A stretch of DNA of 64,000 bases from Candidatus Saccharicenans sp. (lineage in GTDB: Bacteria > Acidobacteriota > Aminicenantia > Aminicenantales > Saccharicenantaceae). The notes beneath the pieces are model-generated. The model worked only from the letters and a program-made list of their open reading frames with translations. It ran no database searches and was not told the DNA's origin. Position numbers and translations under genes: made by a program. How positions within the stretch are numbered: position 1 is the stretch's first letter; each line of letters opens with the position of its first letter. The stretch lies in the NCBI GenBank assembly GCA_024653215.1, contig JANLFU010000010.1, forward strand, positions 19,625-83,624, written 5' to 3'. Below, piece by piece: positions 20,522 through 30,040 of the stretch.

Positions 20522-20561
20522 AAAAATCCCTGCCCCCGGTTATTATTCCCGGAGGCAGGGA
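20522..20561 (-). terminator. Rho-independent terminator downstream of the FadL-like gene
   Basis: Stem tccctgcccccgg / ccggaggcaggga followed by a U-tract on the minus strand (aaaaa at 20522-20526 on +). Confidence 0.65.
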
Positions 20562-20613
20562 CTTGACTCTGCTTCAACAATAACAGCCGATGAAGTTCTG
20601 ATCCAGTTCCACC

Positions 20614-21933
20614 TCAGAAACGGTAGTTTATGCCGACAGCCGCATCCCAGGTGCTCCTGTTATAGGTCACCGGGTAAGCGGGGAAGGGATATACCGAATC
20701 CTGCTTCTGGTATTTCTTGTAGAAAACGTAAATGGCCCCGAGTTCCAGGCTGAGCCGGTTAGTCAGGTTCAATTTCAGGCCGCCGCCAATGGTGTCGCTG
20801 CTGAGTTCATGGTTGATATCATCCTGGTATTCGGGAGCCAGGTCAAACTGGGTTCGGAGATAACCGGCACTCAGGGTAACCAGGCGGCTCAGGTCATATT
20901 CCAGCCCGGCTCCCAGCTCGTAGCTATTCTTATTTACCAGCGCTTCAGCCCCTTCCCAGTTGGCACTCCTGTCGAAATAGTAGCTGAAAGACAGGTAGCT
21001 GCGGAAAGCGGGAGTGAAGGCATAGCGCAGACCGGCTGACAGGATGGCCGGAATGTCATTCCGGAATTTCTCGCCGTCCGGGAACATTCCGGTGTCGTCG
21101 ACGGTCGTCTTATTGGTCAGTTCCAGCTTGGTGTTGAACTCATACTTCAGGCTGAAGGCCAGAGACTCGCTGGGCGTGAAGTTCAGGCTCAGGATGGGTG
21201 TAAAGCCGGTGCCGGTCTGCTTGACGTCGACTTGCTTGTCAGCCACCATGGCGGCATAACCCGTCTGGCCTACGGACATGAAGAAAGCATAGGCACTGAC
21301 CCAGGTGCCATTGGGGTTGATCATGACGTTGGTGATAGACCCCTCGTACTTGTTGGTGGCGGTGATAAGGCGAGCCCCGACGCCCAGGGCCAGGCTGGGG
21401 CTCAGGGCATAGGAGAAATTGAGCTGGTAGCCCATGAAGACCGATTCCCCCTTGAAGGCGATGTCCACGTCGTAGCCCGTGGTCGGCACCCCCATGTTGG
21501 AAATTAGCACGGGCAGGGTGGAAAAAGGAATCTCGAACGACGGCAGCCCGGTCTTGAAGTCGGCTGTTCCACCACCGGCATTGGGTCCCACCCCGAAGGA
21601 AATGGCCAGGTTACCCTTCTTATAAACCGCGTACAGGTTGGGGAAAAAGGGCACCCGGACTTCTCCCAGGTAATTGGGGTCGTTGAGCAGCGGGAAACCG
21701 TTAAGGATCTTCTTGTCCTGGGTGATTATCTGGTTGTGCAGCGAGAGGTGAAAGCCGTCTGATAGCTTGACCAGGCCGGCCGGGTTGTAGTAGACGGCAT
21801 CGACGTCGAGGGAAGCGTTTCGGGACAGGAGCCGGATGAAGGTAGCACTCTGGTTGTTGTTGGTCAGGATACCGGCCGTGGCACTTGAGGCCAGGAGGGC
21901 CAGAATCCCCAGAAGACACACCGTTTTCCTCAT
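20614..21933 (-). CDS. FadL/TodX-family outer-membrane channel for hydrophobic compounds
   Basis: Signal peptide, LTNNNQSA..R..SRNAS..DAVYYNPAGL hatch motif and C-terminal INYRF. Confidence 0.88.
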   Translation of the reverse strand: MRKTVCLLGILALLASSATAGILTNNNQSATFIRLLSRNASLDVDAVYYNPAGLVKLSDGFHLSLHNQIITQDKKILNGFPLLNDPNYLGEVRVPFFPNLYAVYKKGNLAISFGVGPNAGGGTADFKTGLPSFEIPFSTLPVLISNMGVPTTGYDVDIAFKGESVFMGYQLNFSYALSPSLALGVGARLITATNKYEGSITNVMINPNGTWVSAYAFFMSVGQTGYAAMVADKQVDVKQTGTGFTPILSLNFTPSESLAFSLKYEFNTKLELTNKTTVDDTGMFPDGEKFRNDIPAILSAGLRYAFTPAFRSYLSFSYYFDRSANWEGAEALVNKNSYELGAGLEYDLSRLVTLSAGYLRTQFDLAPEYQDDINHELSSDTIGGGLKLNLTNRLSLELGAIYVFYKKYQKQDSVYPFPAYPVTYNRSTWDAAVGINYRF

Positions 21934-22274
21934 TCTTAACCTCCTTTGAGATGTGCTGAATATTATTCGAATTTTTGAATTAATTGCAACTGGTTTTTTT
22001 AGCCCGGCAGGCCGGGTTCAGATACGGAAAACTTCAGGTGTTTAAAGCAGACAGGCGGGGTATTCCTGGCCCGTACAGAGGCCGGGCTGGATGACAGGAC
22101 ATGATTGTTCCTTTATTAGGATAATCCAGGCGAAACCCGAGAGAGTGCCCTTACAGGCCAGAGGCACGATTCAAATCCCACTCCAACCATCCGGAAACGA
22201 TCTCCTGCCCCGGCCAGTTCTTTAATTCTTAATTTTTTCTATTAAGTTTTCTTGTAAGCCTGCTCGTCTTTTAC

Positions 22275-22303
22275 TTGACAGGGATAGACCAAAAGTTTAA
22301 TTT
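22275..22303 (+). promoter_or_regulatory. Putative sigma70 promoter of the tusA-dsrE-lbpA-hyn cluster
   Basis: TTGACA-N17-TAATTT; implies a leader of about 265 nt before tusA. Confidence 0.45.
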
Positions 22304-22573
22304 AGAAGCATAGCGGGAGGCCAATACAGAGAAACCGGGGATGGGTAAGTATTGCTTTTTGAAGCCGTGTCCTGTCCTGCACGGGAAGAATTCCGCATCC
22401 AATGGCCCGAATCCATGCATCCCGGCAATCCCTTGTATTTTTATCGGAATAGTAGGATAATGGAAGAGTCATGACAGCCGACAGGATTGACCGGCGACCT
22501 GAGATAAACACCAGGCCCGGTTTTCATAACCGGATTAGACCTGACTCAATAGTAACCAAAAAGGAGGCTTGAT

Positions 22574-22813
22574 ATGTCCGAACTTACACCAGATGTCACC
22601 CTCGATAACAGCGGGCTGGCCTGTCCCATGCCAATCATCAAGACCAAGAAGGCCATCGACGGGATGCAAGTCGGCCAGGTGCTGAAGATGATCGCCACCG
22701 ACCCCGGTTCCATCCCCGATGTCCAGGCCTGGGTCAGCAAGACCGGTCATGAACTTCTGAAGCATGAAACCGAGGGCAACAGGTTCATCTTCTACATCCG
22801 CAAGACAAAATAA
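22574..22813 (+). CDS. tusA: TusA-family sulfurtransferase (sulfur carrier)
   Basis: LDNSGLACPMPIIK (persulfide Cys), ATDPGS..DV.AW and FYIRK; RBS aggagg. Confidence 0.93.
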   Translation: MSELTPDVTLDNSGLACPMPIIKTKKAIDGMQVGQVLKMIATDPGSIPDVQAWVSKTGHELLKHETEGNRFIFYIRKTK

Positions 22814-23056
22814 CAGCCGTCAGGGAAGACCTGTCTTCCCCGGCCCTTAGCATAAAAGCCCCGGGCTGAAGGAGAGCTAAGAGTGGTGGGACTCAAGCGG
22901 GAGGCTTTTTTCGGAAAGCCGGTTAATCCCTCTCTGCCGGGAATATTTTTCAATCCGAACTATCCCACACGATACTTACCCCTTACCACCACAAACCATT
23001 TCAGCCACCCGTCTCGGAATTTAAGTCAAGCTAACTTCAAAAAAGGAGGATAAATA

Positions 23057-23530
23057 ATGCCTGAAGGAAAAAAGAGACTGGCCATCATCTGCCTGCACGG
23101 CAGTCTTGACGTGGCCTTTGCCACCTTCGTCCTGGCCACGGCCGGGGCCGCCATGGAAATGGAGACCGCCGTTTATTTTGCCTTCTACGGGCTGGAAGTC
23201 CTCAAGAAGGGGAAAATCAACAAGCTCAAGGTTTCACCGCTGGCCAACCCGGCCATGCCGGTGAAAATTCCCAACATCATTGCCATGCTGCCCGGGATGA
23301 CCGCCGCGGCCACGGCCATGATGAAATCCTGGATGAAAAAATCCAAGGTGGCCACCCTGGGCGAACTGCTGGACACGGCCCGGGAACTGGGCGTCAGGCT
23401 TATTGCCTGCCAGATGAGCATGGACGTCATGGGGATCAAGAAGGAAGACCTCATAGACCGGGTTGAAATCGGCGGGGCGGCTACCTTCCTGGAATTTGCC
23501 AGCCAGGATGCCATCACCCTGACCTTTTAG
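23057..23530 (+). CDS. DsrE2-like (DsrE/DsrF/DrsH family) sulfur-relay protein
   Basis: AMEMETAVYFAFYGL, LIACQMSMDVMGI (conserved Cys) and GGAATFL; strong RBS. Confidence 0.9.
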   Translation: MPEGKKRLAIICLHGSLDVAFATFVLATAGAAMEMETAVYFAFYGLEVLKKGKINKLKVSPLANPAMPVKIPNIIAMLPGMTAAATAMMKSWMKKSKVATLGELLDTARELGVRLIACQMSMDVMGIKKEDLIDRVEIGGAATFLEFASQDAITLTF

Positions 23531-23539
23531 GAGGAAGCC

Positions 23540-23908
23540 ATGGCCGACGATAAAATCCTGATCATCATGACCAGTGGCCCGGACACACCCCGGCGCTGTG
23601 CCACACCCTTTTTCTTTGCCACTCTGGCCACCGCTATGGATTATGATGTCACCATGTTCTTCACCATTGACGGAACCCTGCTGCTCAAGAAAGGTCTGGC
23701 CGATACAGTTTTCCCCAAGGAAGGAGGCAAATCGGTCGGCGAATTCCTGAAAGAGGCCATGGACTCCGGGGTCAAGATGACCGCCTGCACCGCTTCCCTC
23801 GAACTTCACGGCCTGAGCCCGGAAGACCTGATTCCCGAGGTCAAGATGGTCGGTGGAGCTTCCATGTGGCAGATGGCCGAGGAAAGTAAGACTGTCTTAA
23901 CTTTCTGA
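23540..23908 (+). CDS. DsrE-family protein (DsrE3-like sulfur carrier)
   Basis: TSGPDTPRRCATPFF..A.AMDYDV.MFFTIDG and GVKMTACTAS; two Cys. Confidence 0.87.
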   Translation: MADDKILIIMTSGPDTPRRCATPFFFATLATAMDYDVTMFFTIDGTLLLKKGLADTVFPKEGGKSVGEFLKEAMDSGVKMTACTASLELHGLSPEDLIPEVKMVGGASMWQMAEESKTVLTF

Positions 23909-23930
23909 GCGAATCAAAAAGGAGGAAACC

Positions 23931-24377
23931 ATGGCCATAATTCGCGGCTGTAACCTTCCCGAAGACCTCTACTATTACCCGGAAAAGCACCTGTGGCTAA
24001 AGCCGCTCGGTGGAAACCTCTTCCGTATCGGACTGACCCCCATCGCCGGAAAACTGGCCGGCGGTAAACTTAACGCAGTAACCATCAGGTCCAAGAACAT
24101 CGGCCAGGAAGTCCAGCATGGGAAAAGCCTGGCCACCCTGGAGAGCAGCAAGTACGTGGGTCCGGTGCCGGCTCCCATTACCGGCATCGTCAAGTCTGGA
24201 AACGACAGGCTGGCCGCCGACCCCAACCTGGTCATCAGCGACCCTTACGGCGAAGGCTGGGTGGCCGAGATCGAAGCCACGAAGTGGGACCAGGAAAAAG
24301 CTGCCCTGCTGACCGGGGCTGAAGGCCTGGCCGAATACGAAAAGAAACTGGCAGCGGCCGGGATCTCCTGCGGGTGA
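23931..24377 (+). CDS. LbpA-like lipoate-binding protein (GcvH fold)
   Basis: LPEDLYY..HLW, RIGLT, lipoyl-Lys motif LESSK74YVGPVPAPITG, and DPYGEGW. Terminal cysteines C7 and C147. No gcvT or gcvP in the window. Confidence 0.85.
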   Translation: MAIIRGCNLPEDLYYYPEKHLWLKPLGGNLFRIGLTPIAGKLAGGKLNAVTIRSKNIGQEVQHGKSLATLESSKYVGPVPAPITGIVKSGNDRLAADPNLVISDPYGEGWVAEIEATKWDQEKAALLTGAEGLAEYEKKLAAAGISCG

Positions 24378-24456
24378 TATTTTTTGGGTGCGCTGGAAGA
24401 TTAAAAATTAAAGTTTATAAATCGCGAAAAAATAATTCCTTCGCCAAGGAGGGCAA

Positions 24457-25608
24457 ATGAAGGAAAAAACGATTTATGAGCACTTGAGGGAAAAGGGGCT
24501 CTCCCGGCGGGACTTCATGAAACTCTGCGGCACCATTGCCGGTATGATGGGCCTGGAGTTCGTACCGCCGGTCAAAGCCCTGGGCAAAACACTCGGACCG
24601 AGCCCGGAAGAAGTGGTGGCTCAGGCCCTTAAGACCAAGCCGAAAGTTCCCATCATCTGGCTGGAGTTCCAGGACTGCGCCGGGTGCAGCGAAGCCATCT
24701 CCCGCTCCAGCTCTCCCCTTCTCAGCAACCTGGTCCTAAATGACATTGCCATCGAGTACCACGAAACCCTGATGGCTGCGGCCGGCTTCCAGGCCGAGAA
24801 GGCCAAGGAAGAATGCATGAAGAAATACTTCGGGAAATACGTGCTGGTGGTTGAGGGCAGCCCTACCCTGGCCGATGACGGCATCTACTGCACCGTGGCC
24901 GGAAAAAGTAACCTGGACCTGCTAAAGGAAGCTGCAGCCGGGGCTGCTGCCGTCATCGCCACCGGAAACTGCGCCTGCTTTGGCGGAATCCCGGCAGCCC
25001 ATCCCAACCCGACCAGGGCCGTCGGCGTGGCCGACCTCATCAAAGACAAACCCGTGGTCAACATACCGGGCTGCCCGGCCATTCCTGAAGTTACCACCGG
25101 AACCATACTCCATTTCCTCATCCTGGGCCAGTTGCCTGAGACTGACCAGCTGAAAAGGCCTTTGCCCTTCTATGGCCACACGGTTCACGACCACTGCCTG
25201 CGCCGGCCATTCTACGAAGCCGGAAAATTCGCCGGAAGCTTCGACGACGAAGGAGCCAGGAAAGGCTATTGTCTTTACCGACTCGGTTGCAAGGGCCCGA
25301 CCACTTACAATGCTTGCGCCGGCCTGAAGTGGGAACGCGGCCTTTCCTATCCCGTTCAATCCGGCCACCCCTGCCTCGGCTGTTCCGAGCCTCATTTCTG
25401 GGATGGCGGCGGCTTCTACCAGGGTCAGTCGGCTCCAATCGTACGGCTTGATAAAAGTTCCACGGCCACCCTGGTCGGAGTCGGCGTGGCGGCCGGGGCC
25501 GCCCTGGCTGGCCTCAACGCTGTCAAGAAGAGCCGGGCCAAAAAGGATCTGAAAAAAGATCAGTCTCAGGCCGCCGGGTCTGATCCCGGGTCAAAGAAGG
25601 AGGGCTGA
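24457..25608 (+). CDS. hynS: [NiFe]-hydrogenase small subunit (group 1; Tat-exported, C-terminal membrane anchor)
   Basis: SRRDFMK Tat motif, QDCAGCSE, GNCACFGG, PGCP, HDHC..CLYRLGCKGP and HPCLGCSE; hydrophobic C-tail. Confidence 0.95.
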   Translation: MKEKTIYEHLREKGLSRRDFMKLCGTIAGMMGLEFVPPVKALGKTLGPSPEEVVAQALKTKPKVPIIWLEFQDCAGCSEAISRSSSPLLSNLVLNDIAIEYHETLMAAAGFQAEKAKEECMKKYFGKYVLVVEGSPTLADDGIYCTVAGKSNLDLLKEAAAGAAAVIATGNCACFGGIPAAHPNPTRAVGVADLIKDKPVVNIPGCPAIPEVTTGTILHFLILGQLPETDQLKRPLPFYGHTVHDHCLRRPFYEAGKFAGSFDDEGARKGYCLYRLGCKGPTTYNACAGLKWERGLSYPVQSGHPCLGCSEPHFWDGGGFYQGQSAPIVRLDKSSTATLVGVGVAAGAALAGLNAVKKSRAKKDLKKDQSQAAGSDPGSKKEG

Positions 25609-25609
25609 G

Positions 25610-26287
25610 ATGAACTGGACGAATATCTTGAATTTCAGCCGCGGGCCACTGCTTCATGTGGCCATGATAATTTTCGTGGCCGGCCTGAGCTACCGGCTGG
25701 TCCGGGTTCTTTTGCTCGGCTGGGCGAGAGACAGGGCTAAGAACAAGGGCAGCAAGCTCTGGGGGGTAATCGTCAATTACCTGAAGGGCCTTTTCGTCCT
25801 GCCGTTTATTCCCTGGGTCAGGCGCACCTTCCGCCACAACGAGCTGACCTTTATCGCCGGCGGGCTGTTCCACCTCAGCCTGTTCCTGGTCCTGGTTTTC
25901 GGCACGGCCCATATTTTAGTCTGGAAGAGCCTCTGGGGTTTCGGCTGGAAGGGCCTGCCAACGCCCATCCTGGCTTTCTTCTCGGCCGCGGGCATAATTT
26001 CCATGATTGTCCTGCTGATAAACCGGCTCACCCACCCGGTGTTAAAAATGCTGACCAGGTTCCCGGTCTGGATAAACTGGCTGGTGGTTTTCCTGCCGAT
26101 GATAACCGGCTTCATCATGGCCAGGCACCTGTGGTTCAGGTACGAGGTGATTTTCAGCCTGCACCTGATTTCGGTCAGCCTGCTTCTAATCTGGGTTCCC
26201 TTCGGCCGCATCTCCCACTTCCTGTTTTACTTCTTTTCCAAGACCATCCACGGAGCCCAGGCTGGTAAGCGCGCGGTAACGCCCTGA
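25610..26287 (+). CDS. isp1: Isp1: NarI/DsrM-like di-heme cytochrome b membrane subunit
   Basis: 5 TM helices with paired His (FHLS..AHI; LHLIS..PFGRISHF); lies between hynS and an HdrD-like gene. Confidence 0.85.
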   Translation: MNWTNILNFSRGPLLHVAMIIFVAGLSYRLVRVLLLGWARDRAKNKGSKLWGVIVNYLKGLFVLPFIPWVRRTFRHNELTFIAGGLFHLSLFLVLVFGTAHILVWKSLWGFGWKGLPTPILAFFSAAGIISMIVLLINRLTHPVLKMLTRFPVWINWLVVFLPMITGFIMARHLWFRYEVIFSLHLISVSLLLIWVPFGRISHFLFYFFSKTIHGAQAGKRAVTP

Positions 26288-26301
26288 AAAGGAGGCAAGC
26301 C

Positions 26302-27567
26302 ATGAAAAGCCAGAAAACGCAATCAGCCATAAACACCTACCTTAAGGAGACAGGTGGCTGGGTGGCCAGTCAGCTTGAGGCCTGTACCCGCTGCGGCATC
26401 TGCGCCGAAGCCTGCCATTTCTACCAGGCCCTGGGCAATCCAGAATATGCTCCCATCTGGAAGCTGGAGCCGCTGCGCCGGGCCTATGAGCAGCGCTTCA
26501 CGGTGGCCGGCAAGCTGAAATTAGCCCTTGGCCTGGAGAAAAAGCTCGCCGACTCCGACCTGGAACACTGGAGCAAAATCGTCTACGAGGCCTGCACCGT
26601 CTGCAACAAGTGCGCCCATGTCTGCCCGATGGGCATCCAACTCGGGCCACTGATTCACGGGGTCAGAGCCGGGATGGCTGCGGCCGGAGTGGTGCCCGCG
26701 GACCTGGCCGAAGCCACGGAGAAGCAGAAAACCGTCGGCAGCCCGCTGGGGGTTACCGACGAAATGTGGCGGGAAAGAATCGACTGGATCACCGACGAAT
26801 GGGAAGCTCAAATACCAGTTGATAAGGCCGGGGCCGAGAGCCTGGTAGTTTTCACCTCAATTGAGCTTATGAAATTTCCGGATAACCTGGCCGCGGTGGC
26901 CAGGATTCTCAACAGGGCCGGAGAAAACTGGACGGTGAGCTCAACCGGCCGGGAAGTGGTTAACTTCGGCTACTTTGAAGCCGACGAGGAGCTGACCAGG
27001 CTTTTCATGTACCGGGTCTTCAAGGCGGCCGAGGAGCTGGGCGTCAAGCGGATCATCATCAGCGAATGCGGTCACGCCTACGACGCTTTTCGCTGGGCAG
27101 CACCCAACATGATGAAAGTTCCAAAGGGAGTGGAAATCGCCCACATCAGCGAGTACATCCACCAGCTCTGGAAGACCGGCCGGATCAAGCTCAAAGAAGG
27201 AGCCTTTGACGGGGAGACCATCACCTTCCACGACTCCTGCAAAATTCAGCGCCGCGGTGGCATCATCAAGCAGCCGCGGGAGCTGCTCAGGGTACTGGCT
27301 CCCAGGAGTTTCAAAGAAATGACGCCCAACAAGGAGCAGTCCCTGTGCTGCGGCGGCGGGGGCGGTGTCATCTCCATCAAGGAAGCCGACGCCAACCGCT
27401 ATGCCGTCTTCGAGATGAAAATTGAGCAGCTCCAGGAAGTCCAGGCCAGGGCCGTCTGCATGGTCTGCAGCAACTGCCGTTTGCAGTTCGTGGACAGCGT
27501 GGGGCATTTCAACCTGCCGGTAAAAGTCCACGGCCTGGCCGAGCTGGTTTCCAAGGCCCTGGTTTAA
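26302..27567 (+). CDS. isp2: Isp2: HdrD/DsrK-like Fe-S (hetero)disulfide reductase subunit
   Basis: Two [4Fe-4S] motifs (CTRCGICAEAC, CTVCNKCAHVCP), ECGH, and a CCG domain FHDSC..CCGGGGG..CSNC. Confidence 0.9.
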   Translation: MKSQKTQSAINTYLKETGGWVASQLEACTRCGICAEACHFYQALGNPEYAPIWKLEPLRRAYEQRFTVAGKLKLALGLEKKLADSDLEHWSKIVYEACTVCNKCAHVCPMGIQLGPLIHGVRAGMAAAGVVPADLAEATEKQKTVGSPLGVTDEMWRERIDWITDEWEAQIPVDKAGAESLVVFTSIELMKFPDNLAAVARILNRAGENWTVSSTGREVVNFGYFEADEELTRLFMYRVFKAAEELGVKRIIISECGHAYDAFRWAAPNMMKVPKGVEIAHISEYIHQLWKTGRIKLKEGAFDGETITFHDSCKIQRRGGIIKQPRELLRVLAPRSFKEMTPNKEQSLCCGGGGGVISIKEADANRYAVFEMKIEQLQEVQARAVCMVCSNCRLQFVDSVGHFNLPVKVHGLAELVSKALV

Positions 27568-27582
27568 GGAAAGGAGGGGAAA

Positions 27583-27903
27583 ATGGCATCCTTTAATCTT
27601 ACCCCGGTGGAAAAAGGAATCCTCAGGTGCCGTCACACCGGCCCCTTTACCCCTGAGGACATTCAATCCCTGACGGTTTTCTTCAGGGAATACCACGGCA
27701 AGCTGCTGATAGACCTCAGCGGAACTGACCCGTCCGAATGCCTGCGGCACATCAGGCACATGAGGCCGATCATGCCAACCGCGGCCATTTTCGGGGCCGA
27801 AATAGACCCCAAAATTCTGGAGATAGACCGCAGTTACTACGCCAACGAGGTGCGCTGGTTCCGGACCGAAAAAGAAGCCCTGGAATGGCTTCGCAACCAG
27901 TAA
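27583..27903 (+). CDS. Small hypothetical protein, STAS/SEC14 (SpoIIAA-like) fold suspected
   Basis: Strong RBS, tightly packed between isp2 and hynL; LLIDLS and C-terminal FRTEKEALEWL pattern. Confidence 0.7.
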   Translation: MASFNLTPVEKGILRCRHTGPFTPEDIQSLTVFFREYHGKLLIDLSGTDPSECLRHIRHMRPIMPTAAIFGAEIDPKILEIDRSYYANEVRWFRTEKEALEWLRNQ

Positions 27904-27918
27904 TGGGAGGAGGACAAA

Positions 27919-29658
27919 ATGGCTAATCGAATCGTCATCGATCCTATAACCAGGATAGAAGGTCACTTAAGGATTGAAGCCGCGATCGATGGGAACAACA
28001 CCATCACCGAGGCCTACTCGGCTGGAACCATGGTTCGCGGCATCGAAAACATCCTGAAGAAGCGCGACCCGCGCGATGCCTGGGCCTTTGCCCAGAGAAT
28101 CTGCGGGGTTTGCACCACGGTCCATGCCATTGCCTCCATCCGGGCGGTAGAAGACGCGCTAGGCATAAACATTCCTAAAGCAGCCAACCTGATGCGAAAC
28201 ATGATCATCGCCCAGCAGTACATCCATGACCACGTGATGCATTTCTACATCCTGCACGCCCTGGATTTCGTGGACGTGGTCAGTGCCCTGAAAGCTGACC
28301 CGAAGAAAACCTCGGACATCCAGCAGAGCATCTCCGGCTGGCCCAAATCCTCCCCGGCCTACTTTGCCGAGGTCCAGAAAAAGGTTCAGGCCATCGTCGA
28401 TAGCGGCCAGCTATCGCTTTTCAGCAATGGCTACTGGGGGCACCCGGCCTACAAGCTCCCGCCGGAAATCAACCTGCTGGGCGTGGCTCACTACCTGGAG
28501 TGCCTGGACTGGCAGTCACAGGTGACCAAGATCCACACCATCTTCGGCGGCAAGAACCCGCATCCCAACTTCGTGGTGGGAGGGGTGCCGCTACCCATTG
28601 ACATGAACTCGGACCAGGCCCTGAACGCCGAGAAGCTGGCGGTGATAGCCGATTCCATCAAGAGGATGAACGACTTCGTTGACCAGGTTTACCTGCCGGA
28701 CCTGCTGGCCGTGGCTCCCTATTACCTGGAATATGCGGCGGTCGGCGAAGGGTTGGGTAATTTCCTGGCCTGGGGGGAATTTCCTGAAGGGCAGCTCAAC
28801 GAAATTGATAAGCTGATTTTCCCCAGGGGTGTCATCGTCAACCGTGACCTGAAGAACGTTATCGTGCCCGACCCGAGAGATGCGGCCAGGATGAAAGAAT
28901 TCATCACCCATAGCTGGTATAAGTACAGCCAGGGCGACGAAACGGGCCTGTTTCCCTGGGAAGGCGAAACAGTCTTTAATTACACGGGTCCAAGACCGCC
29001 TTACGAATACCTCAACGTCGAGGGCAAGTATTCCTGGTTGAAATCACCCCGCTGGAACGAGCTGCCGATGGAAGTCGGCCCCCTGGCCCGGGTGCTGATT
29101 CTTTATGCCACGGGGCACAAGGAGACGGTTGCCCTGGTCAACGCCGTTCTGGAAAAGCTCAGGGCTCCGGTCAGCGCCGTGTTTTCGACGCTCGGACGGA
29201 CGGCGGCCAGGGCCATTGAGACCAAGGTCATCGCCGGGCTGCTTCAGAAGTTCTATGACGAGCTGGTGGCCGAGATTAAAGCCGGAAACACCGACACCTT
29301 CAACGACGAAAAATGGGAGCCCCGGACCTGGCCGAAGAAGGCGCTCGGTTTCGGCTATACCGAGGCGCCGCGCGGAGCCCTGGGGCACTGGGTGGTGATA
29401 GAGAACAGGAAAATCAAGAATTACCAGATAGTGGTGCCGACCACCTGGAATGCTTCGCCCCGCGACCACAGGAACCAGGCCGGCGCCTATGAGGCTTCGC
29501 TGGTCGGAACTAGGCTGGCCAACCCCGAACAGCCGCTGGAGATTCTACGGACGCTTCATTCCTTCGACCCGTGCCTGGCCTGCGCCGTGCACCTGGTCGA
29601 CACCAGCGGGAAGAAGGTCGGAGAAGCGGCCACCGGCTTTAACCTGGTTGTCCGCTGA
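27919..29658 (+). CDS. hynL: [NiFe]-hydrogenase large subunit (group 1; gene order indicates Isp-type group 1e)
   Basis: DPITRIEGH, L1 RICGVC, L2 SFDPCLACAVH, followed by a cleavable C-terminal extension. Confidence 0.96.
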   Translation: MANRIVIDPITRIEGHLRIEAAIDGNNTITEAYSAGTMVRGIENILKKRDPRDAWAFAQRICGVCTTVHAIASIRAVEDALGINIPKAANLMRNMIIAQQYIHDHVMHFYILHALDFVDVVSALKADPKKTSDIQQSISGWPKSSPAYFAEVQKKVQAIVDSGQLSLFSNGYWGHPAYKLPPEINLLGVAHYLECLDWQSQVTKIHTIFGGKNPHPNFVVGGVPLPIDMNSDQALNAEKLAVIADSIKRMNDFVDQVYLPDLLAVAPYYLEYAAVGEGLGNFLAWGEFPEGQLNEIDKLIFPRGVIVNRDLKNVIVPDPRDAARMKEFITHSWYKYSQGDETGLFPWEGETVFNYTGPRPPYEYLNVEGKYSWLKSPRWNELPMEVGPLARVLILYATGHKETVALVNAVLEKLRAPVSAVFSTLGRTAARAIETKVIAGLLQKFYDELVAEIKAGNTDTFNDEKWEPRTWPKKALGFGYTEAPRGALGHWVVIENRKIKNYQIVVPTTWNASPRDHRNQAGAYEASLVGTRLANPEQPLEILRTLHSFDPCLACAVHLVDTSGKKVGEAATGFNLVVR

Positions 29659-30020
29659 AGCTGCACACAATCTAGGTTTAAGAAGTGATTGGACGGCCAA
29701 GAGCTTGAAACGCCGGGACTGGCCCGTTAACCAGGTGAATCATAATTCCGGAGGAGTAAGAGCACAGACCGGGCACTGGCAACGGCAGATGATAGAAACG
29801 TTTGAAAAATTGAAGATATCTAACCGAAAAAGAACAAACGGCCCGGTTGGGGTTCCAGCCCTTCAGGGACAAGACGCTGTTCAGAAAACCGCCTTATTCC
29901 AGGACGGCCACAAATGGCAGGTAGCTGCTAACCTGGGTAAAACTGGCGTGCGGTCAGCTGTCCGGACCAGAAAGAAGCGGCAGTCACAACGTGTCGTCAT
30001 GGGGACGAAACCTATTAGAT

Positions 30021-30040
30021 ATATGAATGGTTATTCATAT
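30021..30040. promoter_or_regulatory. Palindromic operator ATATGAA-N6-TTCATAT (copy 1)
   Basis: atatgaa tggtta ttcatat, 37 nt upstream of the maturation-protease ATG. Confidence 0.7.

Noticed and set aside
22343-22981. 10-bp inverted repeat (gggtaagtat / atacttaccc) flanking tusA
   Set aside because: A 10-mer match within about 650 bp is plausible by chance, and there is no target duplication or recombinase.
23931-24377. Calling this gene gcvH of a glycine cleavage system
   Set aside because: There is no gcvT or gcvP in the window, the lipoyl motif is atypical, it has terminal cysteines, and its context is sulfur-carrier genes.
27919-29658. Possible [NiFeSe] or O2-tolerant hydrogenase
   Set aside because: L2 is DPCLAC with Cys codons and no in-frame TGA. 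The small subunit has CAGC, lacking the CxCC supernumerary Cys of O2-tolerant group 1d enzymes.
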